Below, in pieces: positions 29,123-38,551 of a stretch of 64,000 nt of DNA. The translations under genes were made by a program, and so were the position numbers. The notes under the pieces are model-generated. The model saw only the letters and a list, made by a program, of their open reading frames with translations, was not told the DNA's origin and searched no databases. Origin of the DNA: Candidatus Omnitrophota bacterium (GTDB lineage Bacteria > Omnitrophota > Gorgyraeia > Zapsychrales > Zapsychraceae); contig JAFGFL010000091.1 of the NCBI GenBank assembly GCA_016931055.1, positions 42,108 to 106,107 on the forward strand, given 5' to 3'. The first letter of the stretch is position 1. Every line of letters starts with the position of its first letter.

Positions 29123-30296
29123 AATCGCGATATTCACGGGAAACCGCGCTGAGTATGGGCTCCAGTATCCGATCATCAAAGCGGTCGATGTTCATCCAAA
29201 GCTCGAATATTATCTGCTGGTCTCAGGAGCGCATTTGCAGGAGGATTTCGGGTATACCGTCCGGGAAATAGAAGCCAATGGTTTTAAAGTTTATCGTGAA
29301 GTGAAATTGACGATGGGCCGTGATGACCTTTTCGGGACGGTCCAGGCCATCGGTTCGGGAATTCTGAGTTTAAGCGTTATTCTCGATGAATTGAAACCGG
29401 ATATTCTGGTTGTCTACGCGGATCGTTTTGAAGGTTTTGCTGCTGTTATTACCGGAACGCAGATGGGAATACCGACGGCCCACATTGAAGGCGGGGATGT
29501 GACTGAAGGCGGGGCCCTTGATGATTCGGTGCGCCACGCGATGACCAAATTGTCGCATTTGCATTTCACGACGAATAGTGATGCGACAGGGAGAATCAAG
29601 AAACTCGGCGAAGAGCCATGGCGAGTGCACACCGTCGGGTTTCCAGCCATTGATCTGATCTCGGAGAAGAATTACGCTAAACCAGAGGAGCTGGTGGTCA
29701 AATACGGCATCGATTTGGCGCGGCCCGTTGTCTTGTATACGCAACATTCCATCGCGACTGAATTTTCGGACGCGGGTGCCCAAATTGAACCGGCATTGCA
29801 AGCCTTGACAAGGCTGGCGAAGGAAGGGGTCCAGGTTATCATGACTTTTCCCAATAACGACGCGGGAAGCGGGCTCATAATCGATAAGCTCAAGCAGGCT
29901 GGAGCTGAAGCGAAACAAAATATTCAATTGCACGCCAGCTTGGGCCGGTACAACTATCATGGGTTTTTGGCTCATTGCGGAAATGGGGGCAAGGGGGTTT
30001 GTGTTGGGAACTCCTCAAGCGGGATCAAGGAAACGCCTGCGTTCGGATGTCCTACCGTGAACATCGGTGATCGGCAAAGTGGAAGGCTCCGAGCGGAAAA
30101 CGTGCTTGACGTCGGTCACGATGCACAAGCGATTTATCGGGCGATCAGAAAATGCATCGATAACAAACAATTCCGTCAACGGTGCGCCACCTGCAAAAAC
30201 CCTTATGGCACAGGGGATGCGGGTAAAAAGATCGCGGATGTTTTGGCCACAGTGCCCCTTGATCTGAAGCTTTTGCAAAAAAAGATTACTTATTGA
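29109..30296 (+). CDS. neuC: hydrolysing NDP-HexNAc 2-epimerase (NeuC family)
   Basis: TGNRAEYG, SGAHL, ADRFE, HIEGGD, DDSVRHAMTKLSHLHF, GNSSSGIKE, NIGDRQSGR, NPYG. ATG 29109 after GGGAGG. Confidence 0.92.
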   Translation: MPKRKIAIFTGNRAEYGLQYPIIKAVDVHPKLEYYLLVSGAHLQEDFGYTVREIEANGFKVYREVKLTMGRDDLFGTVQAIGSGILSLSVILDELKPDILVVYADRFEGFAAVITGTQMGIPTAHIEGGDVTEGGALDDSVRHAMTKLSHLHFTTNSDATGRIKKLGEEPWRVHTVGFPAIDLISEKNYAKPEELVVKYGIDLARPVVLYTQHSIATEFSDAGAQIEPALQALTRLAKEGVQVIMTFPNNDAGSGLIIDKLKQAGAEAKQNIQLHASLGRYNYHGFLAHCGNGGKGVCVGNSSSGIKETPAFGCPTVNIGDRQSGRLRAENVLDVGHDAQAIYRAIRKCIDNKQFRQRCATCKNPYGTGDAGKKIADVLATVPLDLKLLQKKITY

Positions 30297-30339
30297 GTGT
30301 TATGACACGAACCTAAGTGGGTTTGGTCGTTTATGAGAT

Positions 30340-30345
30340 AGGAGG
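30340..30345 (+). promoter_or_regulatory. strong Shine-Dalgarno sequence for the 57-aa ORF
   Basis: AGGAGG followed by 5 nt and then ATG 30351. Confidence 0.7.
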
Positions 30346-30350
30346 AAGGG

Positions 30351-30524
30351 ATGGAGGATAATCTGCTAAAAGGGAATTTTGAAGTGAAGAAGCCGATTAA
30401 GCTGGGAGATCAGGAGAAAGAAAAATCTGTCGGCGAAGAACTCAAAAAGAGGGCTTTGGGCACCTTAGGCGGGAGCATGGTTTATATGGAACGGAAGCAT
30501 TTTACCTGGGATGGGGATGAATGA
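30351..30524 (+). CDS. 57-aa small protein of unknown function (not in the ORF track)
   Basis: MEDNLLKGNFEVKKPIKLGDQEKEKSVGEELKKRALGTLGGSMVYMERKHFTWDGDE. AGGAGG at 30340-30345. TGA overlaps the next ATG (ATGA, 30521-30524). It fills the only large gap in the locus. Confidence 0.75.
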   Translation: MEDNLLKGNFEVKKPIKLGDQEKEKSVGEELKKRALGTLGGSMVYMERKHFTWDGDE

Positions 30525-31552
30525 TCAATTCAAGCCAAACATTATTCTTTGATCGTATTGTTGACCAGATTTCTGAAATCGGGCTGGATTTTCATGTTAA
30601 TAACATCTTTCAGCATGCCGAGAAGAATTCGGCAGATGTTAAACGGTCCATCAAACAGCTGCCCGCGCTTAAAGGAAATAAAGCGCGCACAGGCATCGTT
30701 ATCAGCGCCGGGCCGAGTCTCCGCAAAAAGAATTCGATCCAAAGAATATTTGACTCCGATTATCAAGGGTCGATTATCGCTATTGATGCTGCTTACATTG
30801 CCTGTCTGAAGGCGGGCCTTATTCCGGATTATGTGGTGACGATGGATCCCAATCCAACCAGAATGGTCCGGTGGTTCGGTGATCATGATTTTGAAAAGAA
30901 TACGGGAAATGATGATTACTATACACGGCAAGACCTGGATGTGGATTTCCGCCGTAATAGTCAGGAACAGAACAGGCGGCATATTGAGCTTGTTAATCAG
31001 CATGGACCTCTCAGTAAGGCTATTATTGCGACATCGGCCCCCAGGAATGTTGTCACCAGGATAAAGGAGGCTCGCCTGGACATGTATTGGTGGAATCCGC
31101 TTATGGATGATCCTACTAGGCAGGGAAGCCTGACGCGCAGACTCTATGAGATGAACGGACTTCCGTGCATCAACACCGGGGGAAATGTGGGGACGACGGC
31201 CTGGATTTTTGCCAATTCGGTCCTGAAACTCCCGCGCGTCGCGATTGTCGGGATGGACCTTGGTTACTATATGGACACGCCGATTGAAATGACGCAGACG
31301 TATTATGAATTGATCCACCATTTGGGGGGACGGGAAAATATCAAGGGATGTTTCAAGGAATATGAATTTCCCCTTGACCAGCAGAAGTATTATACCGATC
31401 CGACTTATTTTTGGTACCGCAAGAATTTGCTGGAGATGCTGGAAAGAGCGCCAGGAAAGACAGTCAATTGCACTGAAGGAGGAACGTTATTCGGTCCGCA
31501 TATCGAATGCGTCCGTCTCGACCGGTTTTTGGAAGAATCTGCTCATGGCTAA
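30521..31552 (+). CDS. MAF_flag10/DUF115 (MptE-like) domain protein, putative CMP-nonulosonate transferase or kinase
   Basis: VISAGPSL, IIAIDAA, PDYVVTMDP, GGNVGT, AIVGMDLGY, VNCTEGG. Confidence 0.8.
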   Translation: MINSSQTLFFDRIVDQISEIGLDFHVNNIFQHAEKNSADVKRSIKQLPALKGNKARTGIVISAGPSLRKKNSIQRIFDSDYQGSIIAIDAAYIACLKAGLIPDYVVTMDPNPTRMVRWFGDHDFEKNTGNDDYYTRQDLDVDFRRNSQEQNRRHIELVNQHGPLSKAIIATSAPRNVVTRIKEARLDMYWWNPLMDDPTRQGSLTRRLYEMNGLPCINTGGNVGTTAWIFANSVLKLPRVAIVGMDLGYYMDTPIEMTQTYYELIHHLGGRENIKGCFKEYEFPLDQQKYYTDPTYFWYRKNLLEMLERAPGKTVNCTEGGTLFGPHIECVRLDRFLEESAHG

Positions 31553-33143
31553 AATATTAATAATCAATCCGGTTATTCGCGAAGATGATGAACCCAAGCA
31601 CATCCCTTACGGGCTTGCTTTGTTAGCCAGTATCGCGATGGGACAAGGGCATCTTGTCCAGGTTTATGATGAGAACGCGTGGAGAAAAGGCGATGAGGTG
31701 ATCGCAAAAGTCTGTCAGGCTGATTGTTGGGACGCGATCGCCACCGGTGGATTAACGACGACTTACCGGTCGATTAAAAAGATATTGAACATATGCAAAG
31801 CAAATGCGCCGGAGGCCTTTGTGATCGCGGGTGGGGGGTTCTTCACGAGCATGCCTCATGAAATGATGCGATGGATCCCGGAAATCGATTTGGGGGTGAT
31901 CGGAGAAGCTTTTGTCACCTGGCCGGAGGTTTTAGGAAAAATCGACTCGAAGGATTTTGATTTTTCCCGTACGTTGGGAGTGTGTTATCGGGAGGGTAAT
32001 GAAACAGTACTAACGGGAGTCCGTCCCAATATCAAGGACTTGGACAGGCTGCCGTATCCCGCGTGGGATTTGTTTCCATTGGATATTTATTTCAGAAATT
32101 CCGCATTGTCTTTAAGCGAGGTGGCTTTCCGTTCCAAGAGACGCATGGACATTATGGGAAGTTTAGGGTGCGGCATGGTTTGCAAGTTTTGCTGGCATTT
32201 GGGGACGACGGGCGACATGATCGTTGACGAAAATGATGAAGGGAAAAAGGATGTGCGTTTTACTTACGGGCGTAATATCCGTTATTTTAGCCCCCGCTAT
32301 ATCGTGGAAATGGTGAAAACCCTGGTGCGTAAATATGGGGTTGATTTTGTTTATTTTATCGATGAGAATTTTATGACGATGGATATGGCGAGCGGACGGA
32401 CTTGGTTGAAGGAACTTTGTGAATGTTGGATCAAAGAAGGGTTACAGCCTATGTCGAGGCGCCAGGGATTGCCGGATGAAGAAAATGAGGGAGGGGTGTT
32501 TTGGTCCGGGACGAGCCATGCGGGCCTCGCGTACAGGGATATCCTGGATTTAATGTATCGGGCGGGTTGCGCTTCTTTGGTTTACGGGACCGAGTCGTTC
32601 GATCCGGAAATCCTTAAGAACCTCGGAAAAGGGGTCAATCAGCGACAGAATATCGATGCGCTTAAGACATGCATGGATTCAGGAATTGTTCCCATTCCGA
32701 ATATTATGATCGGTTTCCCTGAGGAAACATTTAAGAGTATCCGCACGACGATTGAATGGATGATTAAGTTAGGCATCCATAGCAAGCCCCATTTTGCCAC
32801 TCCCTATCCAGGATCGGAGTGGTACTACACCTATAAAGACAGTATTATCGAGCAATATAACGGTGATCTGGAGGCTTTTATTAAAGAACTTGGTGATGCG
32901 ATGAAGCTGACGGCCGTCATATCACATAATTTTTCTCCGTTGCAACTTCTTGGTTTGCAGCAAATTGTCATGCAGCGTGACCTGCGGTTGCTGGACCTGG
33001 CGGAGAAGCACTGGGGAGAGGCAGGTACTTTGACCAAGACAATCGCGGAACCCAGGAATTCATTTAACATCATCAAAAGAAAAATCCAGGCTCCTATAGA
33101 GGGGCAAAAAGAAAGAAATAACCCAAATCATGTTAATCGCTGA
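31545..33143 (+). CDS. cobalamin-binding radical SAM enzyme
   Basis: B12 domain (PYGLALLAS, VIAGG, IGEAF, LPYPAWDL), CGMVCKFC (CxxxCxxC), FIDENF, YGTESFD, IGFPEET, TPYPGS. ATG 31545; the ORF track over-extends to 31362. Confidence 0.9.
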   Translation: MAKILIINPVIREDDEPKHIPYGLALLASIAMGQGHLVQVYDENAWRKGDEVIAKVCQADCWDAIATGGLTTTYRSIKKILNICKANAPEAFVIAGGGFFTSMPHEMMRWIPEIDLGVIGEAFVTWPEVLGKIDSKDFDFSRTLGVCYREGNETVLTGVRPNIKDLDRLPYPAWDLFPLDIYFRNSALSLSEVAFRSKRRMDIMGSLGCGMVCKFCWHLGTTGDMIVDENDEGKKDVRFTYGRNIRYFSPRYIVEMVKTLVRKYGVDFVYFIDENFMTMDMASGRTWLKELCECWIKEGLQPMSRRQGLPDEENEGGVFWSGTSHAGLAYRDILDLMYRAGCASLVYGTESFDPEILKNLGKGVNQRQNIDALKTCMDSGIVPIPNIMIGFPEETFKSIRTTIEWMIKLGIHSKPHFATPYPGSEWYYTYKDSIIEQYNGDLEAFIKELGDAMKLTAVISHNFSPLQLLGLQQIVMQRDLRLLDLAEKHWGEAGTLTKTIAEPRNSFNIIKRKIQAPIEGQKERNNPNHVNR

Positions 33144-34950
33144 GCAATCTGACCAAGATCAACAACAGCATCCGTCAATCAACAAAGCAGTGAAAACCCT
33201 GTTTATTACCTTGCCCCAAAGAGATACGCCCGGGACATATCCGCCTTATGGCGCGTTAACGGTCATGAGCTATCTGAAGCGAGCGGGTTTTTCTAATGTC
33301 ACTCTTTACAATATCGATCTTATGCGGCCGACGATGAAGGAGGCTATAAATTATATCGCCGATTTTAATCCGGAAGTTTTATGTATTAGCGCCCCTGTTT
33401 CAACAGCTTACGGGAATTGCAAACAGGTGACTCTTGAGATCAAGAAGTGGTTGCCGCAAACGAAAATTGTTCTGGGAGGGAATTTGGCGGCGAGTGCGGA
33501 GATTATTCTCAGAAAGACGGGGGTGGATATCTGTGTTTTAGGTGAAGGGGAGATTGCCTGCGCTCAGCTTCTTGAAAAATTGTCACAACATTGTCCGATC
33601 AACGAGTTGAAGGCCATTAAAGGGTTGGGATTTCTTGATGAGAAAGGCGTGTTTATCAACACGGGCTACGCACAGCAGCTCCTGATGGATCAGGTCTATG
33701 ATATTGATTGGGATGTGTGGGATGACTTTTCTTTAAAGAAGTGTTTCCGTCAATTAAAGGAAATAGATCCCAAGTCTACTTACTACAAATATTACACGGG
33801 GATCGGCGGCCAGATCAGCAGTGACAAACGGGAAACCAGGATAGCTATCCTTCCTTGCTCAAAGGGGTGCGTCGCGCGCTGTACGTTTTGTCATCGGTGG
33901 CAAAAAGGCATTCGTTTTATCCCTCCAGAGATCATGATCCAGAGGATTAAATTACTTATGGACAGTTATCAAGTCGGAGTTGTCAACATATCTGATGAGT
34001 GTTTTGGCGCTGATGTTAAATGGTTGCATGAATTCTGCGCTTTGATCAAACCCTTGGGGTTGATTTGGGTTGTGGGCGGGATGAGGGTCAAACAGATCAC
34101 CTCTGAGATCGTTTCAATGATGAAAGACGCCGGTTGCCGTTCCATTGTTTACGGAATGGAGACCGGCAGCAAAAGGATGATTGAGGTAATGGAAAAACGG
34201 GCATCTATTGAAGATAACGAACGGGCTTTTCGGTTGACCCTGGAGGCAGGTTTGCAGACAATCCCCCAATTGATCATCGGCATGCCCGGTGAAAATCCGG
34301 AGACGATCAAGGAATCCGCCGATTTTATTTCTAGGAATATGATTTTGGATAAACACCAAAATCCTCGTGAAGTCAGCATTAACTATGCTCAGGCTTTGCC
34401 TGGGACCCCTCTTTATGAATTCGCCCGGCAGAAGGGGTTGATCGGGAAAGGTTTGGATGAGGAAGAGCGGTATCTTTTGCATATTTCTGACCGGAATGCG
34501 TGTGATGATGAAACGACGCTCAATTTTACCGATTATCCATATCTGACGCTGGTTTCCTGGAGGAACATTATTCTGGCCACGATGAAGTATCGATATGCGA
34601 AAGCGTTCGGCATTTCCCATTATAACAAGGTTATGTTTCCTGATGGCCGGCCCGGTCTCTGGTGTTTGCTTAAGAGCCGGAATTTCGGTCTGCTTCTCGA
34701 CCGTTTTCCCCGGTTGACTTTCAGGTTAAGACATTGGATGGAGTTCTTCAAATTTATTGATATTTGGAAGAAACGAGGGCTGAAGATCGCGGGTGGTTTT
34801 CTGGTTGAATTTTTTGTTGTTCATTTAAGGCGGTGCCGGAAAAAACATTCGGATTTCGAATATAAATCATTACGGAAGATCATCGGACAAGACGCCTCTT
34901 ATCCTTGCGAGGAAAGCGATCCGATGGCTTCCCTGCGAAAAGGCAGGTAG
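33130..34950 (+). CDS. cobalamin-binding radical SAM enzyme
   Basis: PPYGAL, VLGGNLA, GEGE, KGCVARCTFC, SDECF, YGMETGS, IGMPGE, ALPGTPLY. Confidence 0.9.
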   Translation: MLIAEQSDQDQQQHPSINKAVKTLFITLPQRDTPGTYPPYGALTVMSYLKRAGFSNVTLYNIDLMRPTMKEAINYIADFNPEVLCISAPVSTAYGNCKQVTLEIKKWLPQTKIVLGGNLAASAEIILRKTGVDICVLGEGEIACAQLLEKLSQHCPINELKAIKGLGFLDEKGVFINTGYAQQLLMDQVYDIDWDVWDDFSLKKCFRQLKEIDPKSTYYKYYTGIGGQISSDKRETRIAILPCSKGCVARCTFCHRWQKGIRFIPPEIMIQRIKLLMDSYQVGVVNISDECFGADVKWLHEFCALIKPLGLIWVVGGMRVKQITSEIVSMMKDAGCRSIVYGMETGSKRMIEVMEKRASIEDNERAFRLTLEAGLQTIPQLIIGMPGENPETIKESADFISRNMILDKHQNPREVSINYAQALPGTPLYEFARQKGLIGKGLDEEERYLLHISDRNACDDETTLNFTDYPYLTLVSWRNIILATMKYRYAKAFGISHYNKVMFPDGRPGLWCLLKSRNFGLLLDRFPRLTFRLRHWMEFFKFIDIWKKRGLKIAGGFLVEFFVVHLRRCRKKHSDFEYKSLRKIIGQDASYPCEESDPMASLRKGR

Positions 34951-34959
34951 AAAGCGGTT

Positions 34960-35682
34960 ATGTTCAAGTCAAAGAAGATTTTGTCGTTTATCGGGGCACG
35001 GGCGGGATCAAAAGGCCTCAAGAACAAGAATATTATTGATTTAGCGGGAAAGCCGCTTGTCGGCTGGACCATCGACGCTTCTCTCGGGTCAAAATATATT
35101 GACCGGACTATAGTTTCAACGGATGGGGAGGAAATTGCCCGTTTCGCAAAAGCATCAGGCGCCGATGTTCCTTTTTTACGTCCTAAAGAATTGGCGGATG
35201 ATGAATCATTGCTTGATGGGGCGATTCAACATGGTGTTCAATGGCTGAGAGAACATGAACAAACGGTTTACGATTATCTTCTTCTTTTGCAGCCGACATC
35301 TCCTTTGAGGACGTCAGCCCATATCGATGCGGCGATAGAATATTTTTTTGAGCATGTGCGGTCTGACCGGGACATGTTGATATCGGTGACTCCTGCGCCG
35401 ATGAAAACGGGCTGGCTTATGCATCAAAATGCTGCTGGTTATGTCCAGTTCAGCCTGGATTTCACCCGGGGTAAACATCGCAGGCAGGAAATGCCTCAGA
35501 TGTATTTTCCGAATGGTTTCATCTATTTTGGCCCTGTGGGGATTATGGAGCGCATTGGCTCGGTTACGGAGATGATGATTCCGTATGTTACAAGTAAGGA
35601 TATATCGGTGGATGTTGATTCACTGGATGACTTGAAGGAAGCAGAGGCATTGATCCAAGGAAGAAGGAGAGCGAATCAGTGA
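34960..35682 (+). CDS. neuA: CMP-N-acylneuraminate (nonulosonate) cytidylyltransferase
   Basis: ARAGSKGLKNKN, VSTD, PFLRPKELADD, LLQPTSPLR, PNG, DVDSLDD. Confidence 0.9.
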   Translation: MFKSKKILSFIGARAGSKGLKNKNIIDLAGKPLVGWTIDASLGSKYIDRTIVSTDGEEIARFAKASGADVPFLRPKELADDESLLDGAIQHGVQWLREHEQTVYDYLLLLQPTSPLRTSAHIDAAIEYFFEHVRSDRDMLISVTPAPMKTGWLMHQNAAGYVQFSLDFTRGKHRRQEMPQMYFPNGFIYFGPVGIMERIGSVTEMMIPYVTSKDISVDVDSLDDLKEAEALIQGRRRANQ

Positions 35683-37568
35683 AAAGAGAAAACATTCTGC
35701 TTGTAGAGACTGGTTCGATGCCGTTCTGGAGAACTTTTGGATATGATGATGTTTATGCTCTTTACGGCAACTCCACCAAAGGCAAGAAACTTCCCTGCGA
35801 TTTCATGAAAATGGAAGAAGGGCTTTTATCTAATTATAAAGCCGGTCAAATCATTGATTGGGTTTATGGACTTTTCGTTGATACACCTGAGAACCAATTC
35901 TTGGCTGAAATCATGGCGGATGAACAGGGCGGCCGGATTCTTAAAAAAGCGCTGTTGTGGGAATTGGGAAGAATTTGTCATTCGATGATTTTAGCGGAGA
36001 AATTCAGGAAAGATTATGGGTTTAATCAAGTCATCGATTTCATCCCGCGGCCTTTTTTCTATGCGCTTTTTTGTTTAATTCAAAAAAAAGAAGGCGTGCT
36101 TCCGGAGGGCATCCGTATTCCTCAATGGTATCTTCGGAAAATGAAGAGACGTGAAACCATGAAGAGTTGGATCTACGCCGTGGGTTTAGCGCTTTATCCG
36201 GTGTTAATCGGTGTCACGATGTCAGGGAAGCCGCGGACGAGAAAAGAATATTCATACGCGGTCCATATGTGGGACAGCTGGATCAGTACTTACGGGCCCA
36301 AAAGCGAATATCGCATGCAGTTTCTTGAAGGTTCCCGAAGTGTCAGCAAGGACAACGCCCTTTATTTCATTGATCAAAAGGCAGGCAAAGAGAATATTCG
36401 ACAAATTCAAACGAGTGGTTATGAATGCTGTTATTTCAAAAACATGGTCAGATCATTCAACGGTAGGACGTACTGGAAAGATATTTATCCTCAGGTAAGA
36501 AAACATATAAAGGCTCTGTTATCCTCTGTGGGACAGAATGGTTTATTTGCTGAGACATGTTTCAAGGCGGTCGTTTCATATATCCATTGGAAAATATTTT
36601 TCCATTTTTACGGAATAAAAGTGTTTCTTTATGTCCAGGACCCCTGCGATATTGCGGGGACCTTGCTCCAAAAGCGGCATAAGGCGCGAAACGTCTTTAT
36701 TTATTACTCGACGCAATACGATTGTGTTGAACGGGAAAACATGAACACTTTTACGGAAACGTACTACGGGCATATGATGGCGACGGCCATGATTTCAAGC
36801 CGCATGTCCAACGATTATTTTAGGAGAAACAACGAGCTGATTGGAGATTACAGGGAATGCGGGCTGATCTGGTCTGACATTGTGTTTGCGATGAAGAATG
36901 ATCTTCAATGGCAAGCCAGGGTAAAAAAAGAGATCGGATTGCCTTCCGGGAGAATTGTCCTAGGGGTTTTCACTCCGGGGATTGGACGCGCCGGTTGTCT
37001 GACGGAAGACGAAGGGTTCAGAATGATTGATGACATTTATCGTCTGATCGAATCGAATGAACAGTATTGCGTGGTTCTCAGGTATCGGCAGGTTGGCCTG
37101 TGGACCGAAAATGGCGCTTTGCGAAAGAAATTGGAACAACTGATTGACCATGAACGGGTTTTTGATGCGCATCGATTGGCGCCGAAATATCAGGCATATC
37201 AACTGATGGGTTGTTGTGATCTGGTGATAGGGGGGTTTGCCTCCAGCGTGCCGATGGAATCCGTCGCTGGTGGGATAAGGACTGTATGTTATGTGCCGGA
37301 ACGGTTAAAAAAGAATGTTTTTGTAATCAATTCGTTCCCGAAGTTTTGCCCGAAGGATTTCAAACAATTGAATGAGTATGTGCACTTTTGGCTTGATGAA
37401 TGTGATGACAGGGCATTTGCTGATTTCCAGGATGCTTATGTGAAGCCTCATGTTGACAGTTATTGTGATGGGCAAGCGACGAAAAGGCTGGGCGCGTTGC
37501 TTGCGGAAATTGAAAAAGAGGCCAGGGGAAGTGTTTTGCCGATGGAGATGGAAACTGTTTCCGTGTGA
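35679..37568 (+). CDS. polysaccharide biosynthesis protein, putative GT-B nonulosonate transferase (PFTS-motif-like)
   Basis: C-terminal CDLVIGGFASSVPMESVAGGIRTVCY and DSYCDGQATKRL resemble GT-B C-lobes. Coupled directly after neuA. Confidence 0.5.
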   Translation: MKRENILLVETGSMPFWRTFGYDDVYALYGNSTKGKKLPCDFMKMEEGLLSNYKAGQIIDWVYGLFVDTPENQFLAEIMADEQGGRILKKALLWELGRICHSMILAEKFRKDYGFNQVIDFIPRPFFYALFCLIQKKEGVLPEGIRIPQWYLRKMKRRETMKSWIYAVGLALYPVLIGVTMSGKPRTRKEYSYAVHMWDSWISTYGPKSEYRMQFLEGSRSVSKDNALYFIDQKAGKENIRQIQTSGYECCYFKNMVRSFNGRTYWKDIYPQVRKHIKALLSSVGQNGLFAETCFKAVVSYIHWKIFFHFYGIKVFLYVQDPCDIAGTLLQKRHKARNVFIYYSTQYDCVERENMNTFTETYYGHMMATAMISSRMSNDYFRRNNELIGDYRECGLIWSDIVFAMKNDLQWQARVKKEIGLPSGRIVLGVFTPGIGRAGCLTEDEGFRMIDDIYRLIESNEQYCVVLRYRQVGLWTENGALRKKLEQLIDHERVFDAHRLAPKYQAYQLMGCCDLVIGGFASSVPMESVAGGIRTVCYVPERLKKNVFVINSFPKFCPKDFKQLNEYVHFWLDECDDRAFADFQDAYVKPHVDSYCDGQATKRLGALLAEIEKEARGSVLPMEMETVSV

Positions 37569-37618
37569 AATGAGCGATGCTAACAAGAAAAACAGCCCTT
37601 AGGGGAGAATTGAATCAT

Positions 37619-38278
37619 ATGCCGAAAGACAAAATTGTTATCATCGGAGCGGGAGGATTTGGGAGGGAAGTCTGCCGTTGGGTCATGGATATGTACCAGG
37701 GACGCAAAGATGTTGTTGAGGGGTTTTATGACGACAATCCAAGAACCCTTGAAAAATTTCCTGATTTGGAGCTTTCGGTCATAGGAAATACGGCTTTTTC
37801 TGAGGCGCGTCAGGATGTTCTATTTGTGTGTTCGATCGGAAACGTTGAGAACCGGGAAAGACTGTTCATGAAAATCAAGAAATTGGGCGGCAGATTTCTC
37901 ACGGTCATTCATCCTTCGGCGATCATGTCTCCCAACTGTCGAATAGGTGAAGGCGCTATTATCGGGCCTGGGGTTGTGATCAGTGAAAGAGCGGATATCG
38001 GGAAAAACGCGGTCTTGAATATTGGAGTGATTTGCGGGCATGATGTCATTGTGGGAGCGCATTCAAACATTTGTCCCGGAGTCAATATTAACGGTGAGGT
38101 TGAGATCAAGCCGAGGGTGTTTATCGGCTCTTCGGCTGTTATTACACCCAGGGCGGTTATCCCTGAGGATTGTGATGTTTCGGCGGGGAGCGTGGTGTAT
38201 AAAAAGTCTGATTTAAAATCAGGAATGTGTTTGCACGGGAACCCGGCAAAACTATTTCCCAAAATGAGGAAGCACTAA
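37619..38278 (+). CDS. NeuD/PglD-family left-handed beta-helix sugar acyltransferase
   Basis: IIGAGGFGRE, GFYDD, SIGN..R, IHPSA, hexapeptide repeats, catalytic GHD, GNPAK. Confidence 0.88.
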   Translation: MPKDKIVIIGAGGFGREVCRWVMDMYQGRKDVVEGFYDDNPRTLEKFPDLELSVIGNTAFSEARQDVLFVCSIGNVENRERLFMKIKKLGGRFLTVIHPSAIMSPNCRIGEGAIIGPGVVISERADIGKNAVLNIGVICGHDVIVGAHSNICPGVNINGEVEIKPRVFIGSSAVITPRAVIPEDCDVSAGSVVYKKSDLKSGMCLHGNPAKLFPKMRKH

Positions 38279-38308
38279 CGACTGATGAAGGAAAGGGAAG
38301 CTGAAAGC

Positions 38309-38551
38309 ATGAATGATCAAAATGAGAAAATAAGGAAAATATTCGCCGATGTTCTCGGCATTCCGGTTGAAAAAATTGATGATGACCTTCAATATAATTC
38401 TATCCCTGAATGGGATTCCATCGCGCATATGGCGCTGATCACGGCGCTTGACAAATCCTTCGATATAATGATTGAAACGGAGGATATCATTGACATGAGC
38501 AGTTTCGGAAAAGCCAAAGAAATCCTTCAGAAATATGAGGTTGTCCTATGA
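38309..38551 (+). CDS. acyl carrier protein
   Basis: About 80 aa, acidic, with phosphopantetheine Ser in EWDSIAHM. Confidence 0.88.
   Translation: MNDQNEKIRKIFADVLGIPVEKIDDDLQYNSIPEWDSIAHMALITALDKSFDIMIETEDIIDMSSFGKAKEILQKYEVVL

Noticed and set aside
30542-31321. Long minus-strand ORFs (this 259-aa one, also 14097-14747 and 29370-29975) and the other short alternative-frame ORFs
   Set aside because: They lie entirely antisense to or inside well-supported genes and have no recognisable motifs; they are shadow ORFs.
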